Notes: a model not told the origin generated them from the sequence alone. A stretch of DNA of 64,000 nucleotides from an uncultured Verrucomicrobiae bacterium (GCA_963769025.1 CAVYKI010000006.1:512001-576000); one strand, 5' to 3'; shown: positions 1 through 9,595, counted from the first letter of the stretch. Program-made: numbers and translations.

Positions 1-630
1 GGCGGCGGCGACATACATCGCGAGGATGATCGGCGCCGGGCCGTTGATCGTCATCGAGGCGGAGAAATGCGCGTCGCCGAGGGGAAAGCGGGCGAACAGG
101 CGCTCCATGTCGTCGATCGTGTCGATGGCCACGCCGCCTTCGCCGATCTTGCCGAAGACTCCGTCGGCGTCGCTGTCGAGCCCGTAGAGCGTCGGCCCGT
201 CGAATGCGGTGCTGAGGCGGAGTGAACGCTGATGTTTCGTGAGGAAATGGAAGCGCGCATTTGTGTCCTCCGCGAGCCCGAGGCCGGCGAAGAGGCGGGT
301 CGGTTCCTCGGATGTGCGGTCGGCCGATGCGCCCGAACCGCTGTGATACGTCTCCGGGTAGATCGCATTCGTGAACGGGAATTTGCCGGGCAATCCTTCG
401 CCGAAAAGAACGCGGGCGATCTCGCCGGGCTCATCGCCGGCGGGCAGGGCGGCTGCCGGAAGCTCAAGACCTGTCGGTGTGCGCACCGTGCGGATGCCCT
501 TGCGGATTGTCTTCCATTGGCGGCGCAATTTTCCGCCGAAAACAGCGTCCTCGCGGGCGCGGTGCACCTGAGCGGACACGAAGCGCGCATGCGCCTCGAC
601 ACTCTCGCAGACGCGGGCCAGGGCGCTCAT
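1..630 (-). CDS. Acyl-CoA mutase substrate-binding (TIM-barrel) subunit, IcmF/isobutyryl-CoA mutase type; runs off the window edge
   Basis: Manual translation from ATG at 630 gives GLPGKFPFT, EEPTRLFAGLG, RLSTAFDGPTLYG, GKIGEGGVAI and SMTINGPAPIILAMY. ATGA overlap with the upstream stop and a GAGGAGGTG RBS. Absent from the ORF track because no stop lies in the window. Confidence 0.9.
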   Translation of the reverse strand, partial: MSALARVCESVEAHARFVSAQVHRAREDAVFGGKLRRQWKTIRKGIRTVRTPTGLELPAAALPAGDEPGEIARVLFGEGLPGKFPFTNAIYPETYHSGSGASADRTSEEPTRLFAGLGLAEDTNARFHFLTKHQRSLRLSTAFDGPTLYGLDSDADGVFGKIGEGGVAIDTIDDMERLFARFPLGDAHFSASMTINGPAPIILAMYVAAA

Positions 631-1697
631 GCGCTCACCTCCTCGAAAAGCCGATCCACGCCGGTGTCGCGATGCCGTTTGGCGACGGTGGCGATGACGC
701 GCTGGCCGCGCCCGTTTGCCGCAAGCCGCGCTCCGATCTCCGCGACGGCGGTCGCGGCACCGGCGAGGTCGCCTTTGTTCACGACGACGATGTCCGCGGC
801 GTCGAGCATCACGATCTTCTGGAGTTGGAGGCGGCTGCCGTAGTCTGAGCCCATGACGAAGAGCGACTTGTCCACGAGTCCGCGACGGAACGGGAGCGCT
901 TCCTGCCCAATGCCGACCGTCTCGACGAAAATCACATCGAACCCGCCGTGTTTCATCGCCCGCAACCAGCGCGCGCTTTCCAGCGAAAGACCGCCGGCGC
1001 GACCGCGCGTGGCGAGGCTGTGCATGAAGACGCGGTCGTCCTGCGAATGGATCATCGTCGCGCGGTCGCCGAGCAGCGCGCCTTTGCCGGTGATGCTCGG
1101 ATCGTGGGAGAGAATGGCGATGCGCGCTTCGGGGCGCGCCTTCAGCCAGCGCAGCACGAGTTCGTCGATGAGCGTGGATTTTCCCGCACCGCCGGCACCG
1201 GCGATGCCGACGACGGTGGGGCGACGACGGGGGCGCATTTTCGGAGTGCTCCAGCCATCGAGCGTTGGGCGTTGGACCTTGGACGTTCGACGTTTTGCCC
1301 GGCCGTATCGCTCGCGCACGAAGGCCACGATCGCCGTGAGCGGTTCACCGGCGAAGAAGATCCGGTCCACGCCCTTGCGTCCCAAGATCGCGGCGTCCGC
1401 TTTCGTGATGGTTCCGCCGCCGCCACCGAAGACGCCGATGTGAGAGGCGCGCAGCATTTTCAGAAGGGAGACGACCTCGGTGAAGAAGTCGACGTGCCCG
1501 CCATTGTAGCTGGAGATGCCGATGGCGCGGACGTTTTCCTGGACGGCCGCCCGGACGATGTCGCGCGCCGAGCGATGGTAGCCGAGGTAGACGACCTCGA
1601 TGCCGTGCCGGATGAACTCAAGATTGATCGTATTGATCGCGCTGTCGTGCCCGTCGCAAATCGGCACTGCGGTGAGTAGGCGGATGGGTTCGGCCAT
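627..1697 (-). CDS. B12-binding domain fused to MeaB/MeaI-type GTPase (N-terminal half of IcmF)
   Basis: DGHDSAIN (DxHxx-type B12 motif), SSYNGGH, P-loop GAGGAGKST, DPS, LLGDR, SLATRG, ETVGIGQ, VNKGD. Start placed at MAEPIRLL. Confidence 0.9.
   Translation of the reverse strand: MAEPIRLLTAVPICDGHDSAINTINLEFIRHGIEVVYLGYHRSARDIVRAAVQENVRAIGISSYNGGHVDFFTEVVSLLKMLRASHIGVFGGGGGTITKADAAILGRKGVDRIFFAGEPLTAIVAFVRERYGRAKRRTSKVQRPTLDGWSTPKMRPRRRPTVVGIAGAGGAGKSTLIDELVLRWLKARPEARIAILSHDPSITGKGALLGDRATMIHSQDDRVFMHSLATRGRAGGLSLESARWLRAMKHGGFDVIFVETVGIGQEALPFRRGLVDKSLFVMGSDYGSRLQLQKIVMLDAADIVVVNKGDLAGAATAVAEIGARLAANGRGQRVIATVAKRHRDTGVDRLFEEVSA
1263..1297. repeat. Five degenerate 7-nt tandem units (cgttgga-like) inside the coding linker
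   Basis: cgttggg cgttgga ccttgga cgttcga cgttttg; encodes KRRTSKVQRPT on the minus strand. Confidence 0.75.
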
Positions 1698-1754
1698 TGG
1701 AGAATCTCCCGGCGCCAGCGTAATGCGAAACGGAGTGCGGGGCAACGCGCCGCT

Positions 1755-2996
1755 TTATGCGGCTTCCCAAATCATCACGACCGTCGTGGTCACGCTGCCG
1801 CCGATGTTGCAGGTGAGGAAGCGCTTTGCCCCCTCGATCTGCCGCGCGCCAGCCGTGCCGGTGAGATGCTGATACGCTTCGACGACCTGCCTCACGCCGG
1901 TGGCGCCGACAGGGTGGCCCTCGCCGAGCAGGCCGCCGCCGGCATTGACGGGAAGATTTCGGATTCCGGATTCCGGATTCCGGATTTGGACAAACTCACG
2001 GACGGTGGGAAGCGAAGTCGCGCCGCTCTCGAGCAGCGCCGCGCCTTTTCCCGGCGCTGCGAGGCCGAGCAATTCATATTGGACGATCTCGGAAATCGAA
2101 AAGCAGTCATGCACTTCAGCGCCGTGAATGTCGCCCGGACCGATGCCAGCCATCGCGTAGGCATGGGCCGATGCCATGGCGGCGATGGGAAAATCAGGGA
2201 GTTCCTTCCGATCGAGCGCGAGATGGTCCGTCGTGTGGCCAAAGCCGAGCAGGCGTGCCGTGCGCCGTGCGGCGTGCGTGCGGAAATAGCGCTCCGAACA
2301 AAGCACAAGTGCGGCGGCACCGTCGGTGATTTGCGAGCAGTCGCTCAGCTTGAGGGGTGGTGCGATGATCGGGTTTTCCACACCCGCAGCGGATGCCTCC
2401 CCGAAGGTCAGCGCCGTCTCGCGCGTTTGCGCGAGAGGATTCAGGCGTGCGTGAGCGCGATTTTTTACGGCGACCGTTGCGAGCTGTGCTTCCGTCAATC
2501 CGTGGCGCTCCGCATACCGCAGCGCGATGCGGGCGAAGAGCTTCGGAAACAGGAAGTCTCCATACTGCGCCCGCTCTTCCACGTAATGGGCGGCGGCACC
2601 GAGCACGTCGGCACCTTCCGCAGGGGACATGGTCTTTTGCTGTTCGGCGCCGACGACGAGAACGACATCGTGAAGGCCGCCCATGATCTGTTGCGCACCG
2701 GCGAGCACGGCAACGCCCCCGGAGGCGCATGCCGCCTCGACATGCATGGTGGGAAGTCCGCGTATCGCCGGATTGATCTCCGTCAGGAACGCGCCGAGAT
2801 GGAGCTGTCGGGTGAAGAGGCCGGCGGCAAAATTGCCGACGACGCCAGCCTCGATGTCAGCCGGTGCGATCCGCGCATCCGCAATTGCCACGTGTCCCGC
2901 CTCGATGATCAGATCCCCGAGCGCCAAACCTTCCTTGCGGAGGTTTCTCCGGAAGTCAGTCCGCCCCGCACCCAGGATGAAGACAGGCTCGGCCAT
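1755..2996 (-). CDS. Thiolase-family protein (SCP2/non-canonical acetyl-CoA acetyltransferase type)
   Basis: VEAACASGG, CSQITDGAAA, AEVHDCF and GHPVGATG motifs. Confidence 0.9.
   Translation of the reverse strand: MAEPVFILGAGRTDFRRNLRKEGLALGDLIIEAGHVAIADARIAPADIEAGVVGNFAAGLFTRQLHLGAFLTEINPAIRGLPTMHVEAACASGGVAVLAGAQQIMGGLHDVVLVVGAEQQKTMSPAEGADVLGAAAHYVEERAQYGDFLFPKLFARIALRYAERHGLTEAQLATVAVKNRAHARLNPLAQTRETALTFGEASAAGVENPIIAPPLKLSDCSQITDGAAALVLCSERYFRTHAARRTARLLGFGHTTDHLALDRKELPDFPIAAMASAHAYAMAGIGPGDIHGAEVHDCFSISEIVQYELLGLAAPGKGAALLESGATSLPTVREFVQIRNPESGIRNLPVNAGGGLLGEGHPVGATGVRQVVEAYQHLTGTAGARQIEGAKRFLTCNIGGSVTTTVVMIWEAA
1960..1987. repeat. Four 7-nt tandem units (cggattc) inside the thiolase CDS
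   Basis: cggattc x3 plus cggattt; encodes QIRNPESGIRN. Confidence 0.85.
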
Positions 2997-3265
2997 TTTG
3001 TTTTCGTTGGGATAGACTACGCGCCAACTCGCATGGGATCAACGGGGCGGCTGGAATCGGTGCGGGGTGATGAGGAAGGGCGGGGGAACAATGCGGGCGA
3101 GGTTGGGGGGCGACGGGTGGCAGAGGCGATTCTCTCCCCGCTGGGGTCCGATGCGCTGAAAGTGCGATTGTCGGGACGGTCGTGCGCGAACGATGTGCGC
3201 CGGATTGCGATCACCCACTGGCCGGGGTTGATCGGTTTTTCCGAGGCATCCAAGGCCTCTCGGAA

Positions 3266-3355
3266 TGGCGGAAGGGGTGGGATTCGAACCCACGGTAGGT
3301 TTTACCCTACTCTCGATTTCGAGTCGAGTGCCTTTAACCACTCAGCCACCCTTCC
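3266..3355 (-). tRNA. tRNA-Ser(CGA)
   Basis: Reverse complement GGAAGGGTGGCTGAGTGGTTAAAGGCA-CTCGA CT CGA AA TCGAG-long variable arm-GTGGGTTCGAATCCCAC-CCCTTCCGCCA; CCA encoded. Confidence 0.97.
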
Positions 3356-3627
3356 ATTGAGCTTCGCCATCGGTTTTCGGAAAACTGCCGCTTGCGCGGC
3401 GATTCCGGCCACCGTGGGAATGGCCGTTACTATGGGAACACGCGCGCTGTCGGCAAGGGAGAAAATCGAAGACCCGTGAAAGCGCGCGTTTCATGCGACA
3501 TGATGGCTGAGGTCTCGCGGAGCGCGGAAGATCAGCTCCGCCATTGCTCTGGCTTGCGGGCGGCGAAAGGAACGGATGCGAGGTTGCGGCGGTCAGCGGA
3601 TTTCCGGGCGACGTTTGCGGGGCCCGG

Positions 3628-3642
3628 TGGCACGGCACGTGC
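3628..3642 (+). promoter_or_regulatory. Putative sigma54 (-24/-12) promoter
   Basis: TGGCACGGCACGTGC (GG-N10-GC), ending 13 nt before ATG 3656. Confidence 0.65.
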
Positions 3643-3655
3643 GGATGAAGGTGTC

Positions 3656-4264
3656 ATGATGCGGACAAAGCCCAAAAAAAGCACCACGCGCCGGAAACAT
3701 TTTCCAACAGTAAAGACGAGGAGGCTCCTTGTGTTCGCGAGTGCCCTGATGTTCGTCGCCGTTCTGCAAAATGTTCCATGGCTGGTCTCCAATGACTTTG
3801 GCGCCGACGGTCCCGCGATTCCCGACAATCGTCCTGCATCGGGCTTCGGCTTGGGCACCGAATCGACGTTGGATGACAGCGCAGCGCAAGGCGGTCTGCC
3901 AGGCGTGCCGCAGACGATCCAGCAGGCCTTTGCGCATGGCGGAACGACGGCGGCTCCGGACAAGTCCGGGAGTGCATGGAACGACGACTACCTGATCGTT
4001 TATGAGGGCTCGCAATCCGCGGGTCGGGTGATGGCCAAGAGTGCCCCGGACGCACAAGGGTTCGTCTCGACTGCTGGTTCCGGCGGAGGTTCGGTCCGTT
4101 CGCACGGAGGCAGCTTTTTTGTCCCATTTTCGAGCCTCGCAAAAAGTGCGGTGGCTGAGGAGGGGGGCGGTGGGAGTTCATCCGAGCGGTTTGGTGGAGG
4201 GGTGACCGCAAGTGTCACTTCATCCGCGGGCTCGCTCCCTTCGCTGTCGGTGGTCAGCCCCTGA
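3656..4264 (+). CDS. Hypothetical Gly/Ser-rich protein with N-terminal basic plus hydrophobic segment; possibly a decayed PEP-CTERM-like gene extending to 4451
   Basis: Basic N-terminus, LLVFASALMFVAVL segment, low-complexity body, sigma54-like promoter. Confidence 0.5.
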   Translation: MMRTKPKKSTTRRKHFPTVKTRRLLVFASALMFVAVLQNVPWLVSNDFGADGPAIPDNRPASGFGLGTESTLDDSAAQGGLPGVPQTIQQAFAHGGTTAAPDKSGSAWNDDYLIVYEGSQSAGRVMAKSAPDAQGFVSTAGSGGGSVRSHGGSFFVPFSSLAKSAVAEEGGGGSSSERFGGGVTASVTSSAGSLPSLSVVSP

Positions 4265-4595
4265 GTGCGTGGCTGGTTGGAAAATCCGGATTGCTTCTGA
4301 TTTTCAGGCGCCGGAGCAAACGACACGTGCGCTGCCAGCTGCCGGGGGGATGCTGATCGCGAAGCTGGGCCCGCGTGCTTTTGGCCATCGTGTATGCTCC
4401 GATGGGATGTGCCGTGAGGTGAGCGTGTCGAAGCTGCGCTTCGACGGTTGAGGTGGTGAGTTCGCAGCGCGGGCATTTCCGCTGCGGGACGCAGTCGCCG
4501 GACTTGCGACTTCGTGTCTTTTGTCGCACACGTTTGTTTCCATTGGATTGCACCAAAGCCACGCATTTCCCCGTCCGCAGCAGCGACTCTCCTTC

Positions 4596-7500
4596 ATGAA
4601 ATTCCCACTCAGCCTTCATTCTGCGTTCCTTGTCGCCACGATGCTCGTGCAAGGTGAAACTCCCGCCCATGCTGCGCCAGCGGCACCCGTGGTGAATGCG
4701 GCGGCTGCGAAGCCCGTGTTCGAAACGCCGCCGATGACGAGCAGGTCGCAGCCGCGGCTCCTCACTGTGGATGCCCCGCTCAAGGGTGCGAAGGAACTTT
4801 ACCTCGTCGTCTCGGACGAATCCTCGAAGAGTTGCGATTGGGCCGACTGGCTCGATCCGAAACTCATCATGGCCGACGGCACCGTGAGGGATCTCACGTC
4901 ACTCAAATGGAAGTCGGCCACGGCTGGCTCCGGCAAGGTCTACACCGGGAAGAACGCGATGGGCTCCGCGCTGATGGTGGACAAGAAGACCTACACGAAC
5001 GGCATCGGCACGCACGGTGCCTCGATCATCGCCTACGATCTTCCCGCTGGCGTGGACCGCCTCACGGCGGAGGTTGCGATCGATGACGGTGGCATGATTC
5101 GCAAGGGCGGTCCCAGTGATGCCGCCGTGCGTTTTCTCGTTTTTACCGCGGCGCCGTTGCCGGTTGCGATTTCGGGAAAACGAGGCAAAGCGGCAAAGCC
5201 GAGCCTGACCGAGGGCCCGGAGTTTGTGCAGCCGGGGATGTTCACGGTGCCGGAGGGATTCGAGGTCACGCTCTGGGCGACTTCCCCGCTGCTGTTCAAT
5301 CCGACAAACATGGACTTTGACGCGCAGGGCCGGCTCTACGTGACCGAGGGCGTGAACTATCGCGGGAAGGGAGGACGCCGGTCGGAAGGTGACCGGGTCG
5401 TCGTGCTCGAAGACACCACCGGCTCCGGCAAGGCCGACAAGAGCACCGTTTTTGTGCAGGATCCGAATCTCGCTTCGCCGCTCGGTGTCGCGGTGCTCGG
5501 CGACAAGGTCATCGTCTCGCAGCCGCCCGACCTGCTCGTTTACACGGATGTGGACCGCGACGGGAAATTCGATCCCAAGGTGGACAAGCGCGAGGTGCTG
5601 CTCACCGGCTTCAACGGACGCCAGCACGACCACAGCCTGCACAGCGTCACCGCCGGGCCGGACGGGCAGTGGTATTTCAACCAGGGCAACACCGGCGCGC
5701 AGTTCACGGACAAGTCGGGCAAGACCTTCCGCATGGGCAGCCCTTACACCGCGTCCAAGACGGCCGTGGATCCGAGCACGGTCGCCGGCATGAAGAGCGA
5801 CGATGGCAACGTGTGGGTCGGCGGCTTCACCGCTCGGATGAATCCCGACGGCACGGGCGTGAAAATCATGGGGCACAATTACCGCAACAGCTACGAGCAG
5901 ACGGTCACTTCGCTCGGCGACATCTTCCAGAGCGACAACGACGATCCGCCGGCGTGCCGCGTGACGGCGGTCATCGAGGGCGGCAATGCGGGCTTCGCCT
6001 CCGCCGACGGCAAGCGCACGTGGAAGGCCGACATGCGCCCCGGCCAGACGACGCCCATCGCCGAATGGCGTCAGGAAGATCCCGGCACGATGCCCGCGGG
6101 CGATGTCTATGGCGGCGGCTCGCCGACCGGCGTCGCGTTTTATGAAAATGGCGCGCTCGGTGAAAAATGGAACGGCCTGCTGCTCGCGTGCGAGGCGGGG
6201 AAGAACGTCGTCTTCGGCTACTTCCCGAAACCCGACGGCGCGGGTTTCAAGATGGAGCGCTTCGATTTCATGACGTCGAACAAGGAGAAGGAATTTGCCG
6301 GTTCGGATTTCCTCGGTGGCGGCACGAGCGTCACGAATGAACTCAAGACGCTGTTCCGCCCGAGCGACGTGTGTGTCGGCCCCGACGGTGCGATCTACGT
6401 CGCGGACTGGTACGACCCCGGTGTCGGCGGCCACGGCACGCGCGATGATCGCTACACCGGATCGATCTACCGCATTGCGCCGAAAGGATTCCGCTCCGTC
6501 GTGCCGAAGCTCGATCTCATGACCACCGAAGGCCAGATCGCCGCACTGAAAAGCCCCGCGGTGAATGTCCGCAACAGCGGCTTCACGCGCCTGAAGGCGC
6601 AGGGCGCGAAGGCCGTGCCCGCCGTCGCCGCGCTGCTCGATGACAAAAATCCTTACATCGCCGCGCGCGCCGTGTGGCTGCTCGCGCAGATGCGCGATGA
6701 GGGTGTCGCTAAAGTCACGCCGCTGCTCGAATCGAAGGACGACACGGTGCGCCTCGTCGCATTCCGCGCGCTGCGCACGGGAAATCGCGACGTCCTCTCA
6801 ATGGACGTGAAGACGGTGGATGACAGTTCGGCGGCCGTGCGTCGCGAGGTCGCGCTCTCGCTCCGCGATTTTTCGGATGTGGCGGTCAGGAACCGTTGGA
6901 CGGTGCAAAAAAAGGTGCCTTTCGATCCGTACCTGAAGAGTCTGCTGACTCTCGCGGAGAAATTCGACGGCAAGGATCGCGCCTATCTCGAATCGTTTGG
7001 CCTCGCCTGCAAGGGGCACGAAGCGGAAGTCTATCCCATGATTGCTCATGCGATGGGCGGCAGCGCCGAGTCGTGGAGCGATGCCTTTGCGTGGCTCGCC
7101 TGGCGCCTGCATCCCGCCGAGGCGGTGAATGATTTCAAGACGCGCATCCTTTCCCCCAAGCTCAGCCTCGAACAGCGCAAGCTCATGCTCACCGCGCTCG
7201 CCTTTGTCCCCACGCGCGAGGCCGCCGGCGCGATGCTGGAGGTCGCACACGCGAAGGACTTCCCGATGAAGGACCTCGCAATGTGGTGGCTGCTGAACCG
7301 CAAGGGCAACGACTGGAAACCGTACGATGTCGAAGGCGGCATGAAGGCGCTCGGCCTCTACGATCCAGACAAGGTCAAGCTCGTCGCCGTCGAAATGCCG
7401 CCGATGTCCGCTGGCGCGCCGAAGCTCCCGCCTTTCGCCGAGATCGCGAAGCTCAAGGGCGACGCGAAGGACGGGCAGAACGCCATCGCCGTGTGCTACA

Positions 7501-7856
7501 CGTGCCATCGCGTCGGCGCGAACGGTGTGGACTTTGGCCCCGACCTCAGCGCCTTCGGGAGGCAGCAGACGACCGACATCATCGTGCAGGCCATCACCGA
7601 GCCGGGTGCGACGATTTCGCACGGCTACGAGGGCAGCGAGGTGAGGACGAAGGACGGACTCTGCATCACCGGAATGGTGCTGAGCGATGGCGACCCGCTT
7701 ATCATCAAATGCATGGGCGGCCTCGTACAGACGGTGCCGAAGTCGCGCATCAAGTCCGTGACGAAGATGACGCAGTCGCTGATGTACGAGCCCTCGCAGC
7801 TCGGTCTCACCGCGCAGGGCATCGCCGATATCGTGGCTTACCTGAAGAGCCTGTAG
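4596..7856 (+). CDS. PVC-type membrane-bound dehydrogenase/heme-binding CxxCH protein with N-terminal NPCBM/NEW2-like domain
   Basis: Signal peptide; NPCBM-like DWADW...GIGTHG; beta-propeller (NPTNMDFDAQGRLYV, RPSDVCVGPDGAIYVADW); HEAT-like repeats; CYTCH...GPDLS...SLM. Confidence 0.9.
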   Translation: MKFPLSLHSAFLVATMLVQGETPAHAAPAAPVVNAAAAKPVFETPPMTSRSQPRLLTVDAPLKGAKELYLVVSDESSKSCDWADWLDPKLIMADGTVRDLTSLKWKSATAGSGKVYTGKNAMGSALMVDKKTYTNGIGTHGASIIAYDLPAGVDRLTAEVAIDDGGMIRKGGPSDAAVRFLVFTAAPLPVAISGKRGKAAKPSLTEGPEFVQPGMFTVPEGFEVTLWATSPLLFNPTNMDFDAQGRLYVTEGVNYRGKGGRRSEGDRVVVLEDTTGSGKADKSTVFVQDPNLASPLGVAVLGDKVIVSQPPDLLVYTDVDRDGKFDPKVDKREVLLTGFNGRQHDHSLHSVTAGPDGQWYFNQGNTGAQFTDKSGKTFRMGSPYTASKTAVDPSTVAGMKSDDGNVWVGGFTARMNPDGTGVKIMGHNYRNSYEQTVTSLGDIFQSDNDDPPACRVTAVIEGGNAGFASADGKRTWKADMRPGQTTPIAEWRQEDPGTMPAGDVYGGGSPTGVAFYENGALGEKWNGLLLACEAGKNVVFGYFPKPDGAGFKMERFDFMTSNKEKEFAGSDFLGGGTSVTNELKTLFRPSDVCVGPDGAIYVADWYDPGVGGHGTRDDRYTGSIYRIAPKGFRSVVPKLDLMTTEGQIAALKSPAVNVRNSGFTRLKAQGAKAVPAVAALLDDKNPYIAARAVWLLAQMRDEGVAKVTPLLESKDDTVRLVAFRALRTGNRDVLSMDVKTVDDSSAAVRREVALSLRDFSDVAVRNRWTVQKKVPFDPYLKSLLTLAEKFDGKDRAYLESFGLACKGHEAEVYPMIAHAMGGSAESWSDAFAWLAWRLHPAEAVNDFKTRILSPKLSLEQRKLMLTALAFVPTREAAGAMLEVAHAKDFPMKDLAMWWLLNRKGNDWKPYDVEGGMKALGLYDPDKVKLVAVEMPPMSAGAPKLPPFAEIAKLKGDAKDGQNAIAVCYTCHRVGANGVDFGPDLSAFGRQQTTDIIVQAITEPGATISHGYEGSEVRTKDGLCITGMVLSDGDPLIIKCMGGLVQTVPKSRIKSVTKMTQSLMYEPSQLGLTAQGIADIVAYLKSL

Positions 7857-7890
7857 GGCCGTTCCTGCAAAATTCAGCGCAGATCGCGCG

Positions 7891-8829
7891 TCACTTCACA
7901 AACGTGTCGTAGAGCGCCTGCGCGCGCTTGCGGAATTCCTTGCGCTGATCGTCCGTCGGCTTCGACGTCACGCCTGCCGCGAGTTCGGCTACAAAGCGGT
8001 AGTTCACGGCCAGCGTCTCGCCCTTCTTCAGCGCCTTCGTGAAGAAAAAGCCGAAGCGACCGTAGTCGCGCCAGGAGAGTTCCTCGACCGGATTGGTCGG
8101 GGCGTTCAGGTGGGTGACGTGGTACCAGTGCTTGCCGATGGGGAAGGTGAGCTGCGCCCATTTCATCTCCGTGCTCTTCACCTTGCCGCCCTTGCCGTCC
8201 AGGTCTGGCTCCCATGCGTAGCTGGTCTCGCCTTTGCGATCCCCGACGCTCTTCGATGCGCGGAAATGGATGCCGGCGTGCTGGAGATCGCCGCTGAGCG
8301 TGAGGTCGCGCGCGGGATTCAGCTCGAACTTCGCATCGACCTGCACGGACTTGGGTGCGGGCTGCGAAATGGTGAGCGTGCGCGTTTCGGTGATCAGCAG
8401 TTTGCTGCCGTCCGCGCCGGGCTTGCCGGCGTTCCATTCGATCGTGGCGACGATCGTGGCGGAGTCCTTCCCGGGCTCGAGTTTCTCCAGCTTCTTTACC
8501 GTCATCGTGGAGCCCCCGGTCATGTGCCAGAGATCGAAAGTGCCGAGGTCCGACGCGATTTTATTCCATCCGATGTAGATGCCGCGGTGATGCGGAAACT
8601 GCTGCTTTGGATCCCAGTCATTCAGGCCGTCGCCTTCCTCGCCGTACAGCCGGAGATACGGCTTCACCTGGCCTTCGCCGTAGATGAAGCGTGCGACGAG
8701 CTTCCCGTCGTGGGCGATGTCCACCTTGCGGCCCTCCAGGTCCGTATTGGCGTCGTCTTTGAGCGTCCAATCGGCATGGGCTCCGGCGGTGGCGAGGATG
8801 CAGGCGAGAAGGATGGGGATGCGTTTCAT
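7891..8829 (-). CDS. Secreted DUF6807 / 'PmoA-like' family protein (not a methane monooxygenase)
   Basis: Signal peptide MKRIPILLA; KPYL, FPHHRGIYIGW, DLWH and WRDYGRFG motifs. Confidence 0.7.
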   Translation of the reverse strand: MKRIPILLACILATAGAHADWTLKDDANTDLEGRKVDIAHDGKLVARFIYGEGQVKPYLRLYGEEGDGLNDWDPKQQFPHHRGIYIGWNKIASDLGTFDLWHMTGGSTMTVKKLEKLEPGKDSATIVATIEWNAGKPGADGSKLLITETRTLTISQPAPKSVQVDAKFELNPARDLTLSGDLQHAGIHFRASKSVGDRKGETSYAWEPDLDGKGGKVKSTEMKWAQLTFPIGKHWYHVTHLNAPTNPVEELSWRDYGRFGFFFTKALKKGETLAVNYRFVAELAAGVTSKPTDDQRKEFRKRAQALYDTFVK

Positions 8830-8914
8830 TTGGAATTGGGCGAGTGATTGAGGATTCGAGACGTGGGAATCGCGAGGCGGCGATTTCGCACTTCGATAGC
8901 CTTTCGCGACCGCC

Positions 8915-9595
8915 GTGGCCAGCGTGCAAAACTCGCCAAGATCGGCAAATGATGAGAGACCGAATTGGCAGCGAACCTTCAACCCATCCGACCCGATCAA
9001 AGCAGACACACACAACCGTGGACCGGCAGGCCGGCCTTTGCTTGTCCTCGCATCCGCGTCGCCGCGCCGCCGCATCCTTCTGCAGGAACATGGCTACGAA
9101 TTCGAGGTCCGGGTCCCGGCAGGCGTGGCCGAAATCGCACCGGCGCACCTTTCCGCCGGGGAGACGGTGCTGGCGAATGCGCGGGCGAAGGCGCGTGCCT
9201 GTCAGGTGAAGCAGCCCAACGAAATCGTGGTTGGCGTGGACACCGAGGTGTTTTTCGAGGGACGCGTACTCGGAAAGCCTGCGGACATGGACGCTGCGTT
9301 CGCGATGCTGCGACGGCTGAACGGGCGCACGCACGAGGTGTATTCCGGCGTGTGGATCGTGGGGCGGGGGAAGGAGCGCGGCTTCGTTGAGGTGACGCGC
9401 GTGCGGTTTCACCGGCGGAGCGATGCGGAGTTGAAGCGCTACCTCGCGCGCATTCATCCGCTCGACAAGGCGGGCGCATACGCGGCGCAGGAGGATCGCG
9501 GGGAGATGATCGCGAGTGTCGTCGGCTCGTTCTCCAATGTCATCGGCCTCCCGATGGAGCGCTTGCCCGTGGAATTGCAGGCGTTCGGCATTTGA
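8915..9595 (+). CDS. maf: Maf-family nucleoside triphosphate pyrophosphatase (start uncertain)
   Basis: LVLASASPRRRILL, GVDT, LGKP, DKAGAY and NVIGLP motifs. Confidence 0.92.
   Translation: MASVQNSPRSANDERPNWQRTFNPSDPIKADTHNRGPAGRPLLVLASASPRRRILLQEHGYEFEVRVPAGVAEIAPAHLSAGETVLANARAKARACQVKQPNEIVVGVDTEVFFEGRVLGKPADMDAAFAMLRRLNGRTHEVYSGVWIVGRGKERGFVEVTRVRFHRRSDAELKRYLARIHPLDKAGAYAAQEDRGEMIASVVGSFSNVIGLPMERLPVELQAFGI

Noticed and set aside
3239..3265. Hairpin after tRNA-Ser as a terminator or att site
   Set aside because: It is followed by an A-run rather than a U-run on the tRNA strand, and no second copy was seen.
7891..8829. Methane monooxygenase (family nickname PmoA)
   Set aside because: This is a soluble secreted protein with no pmoCAB context; the nickname is misleading.
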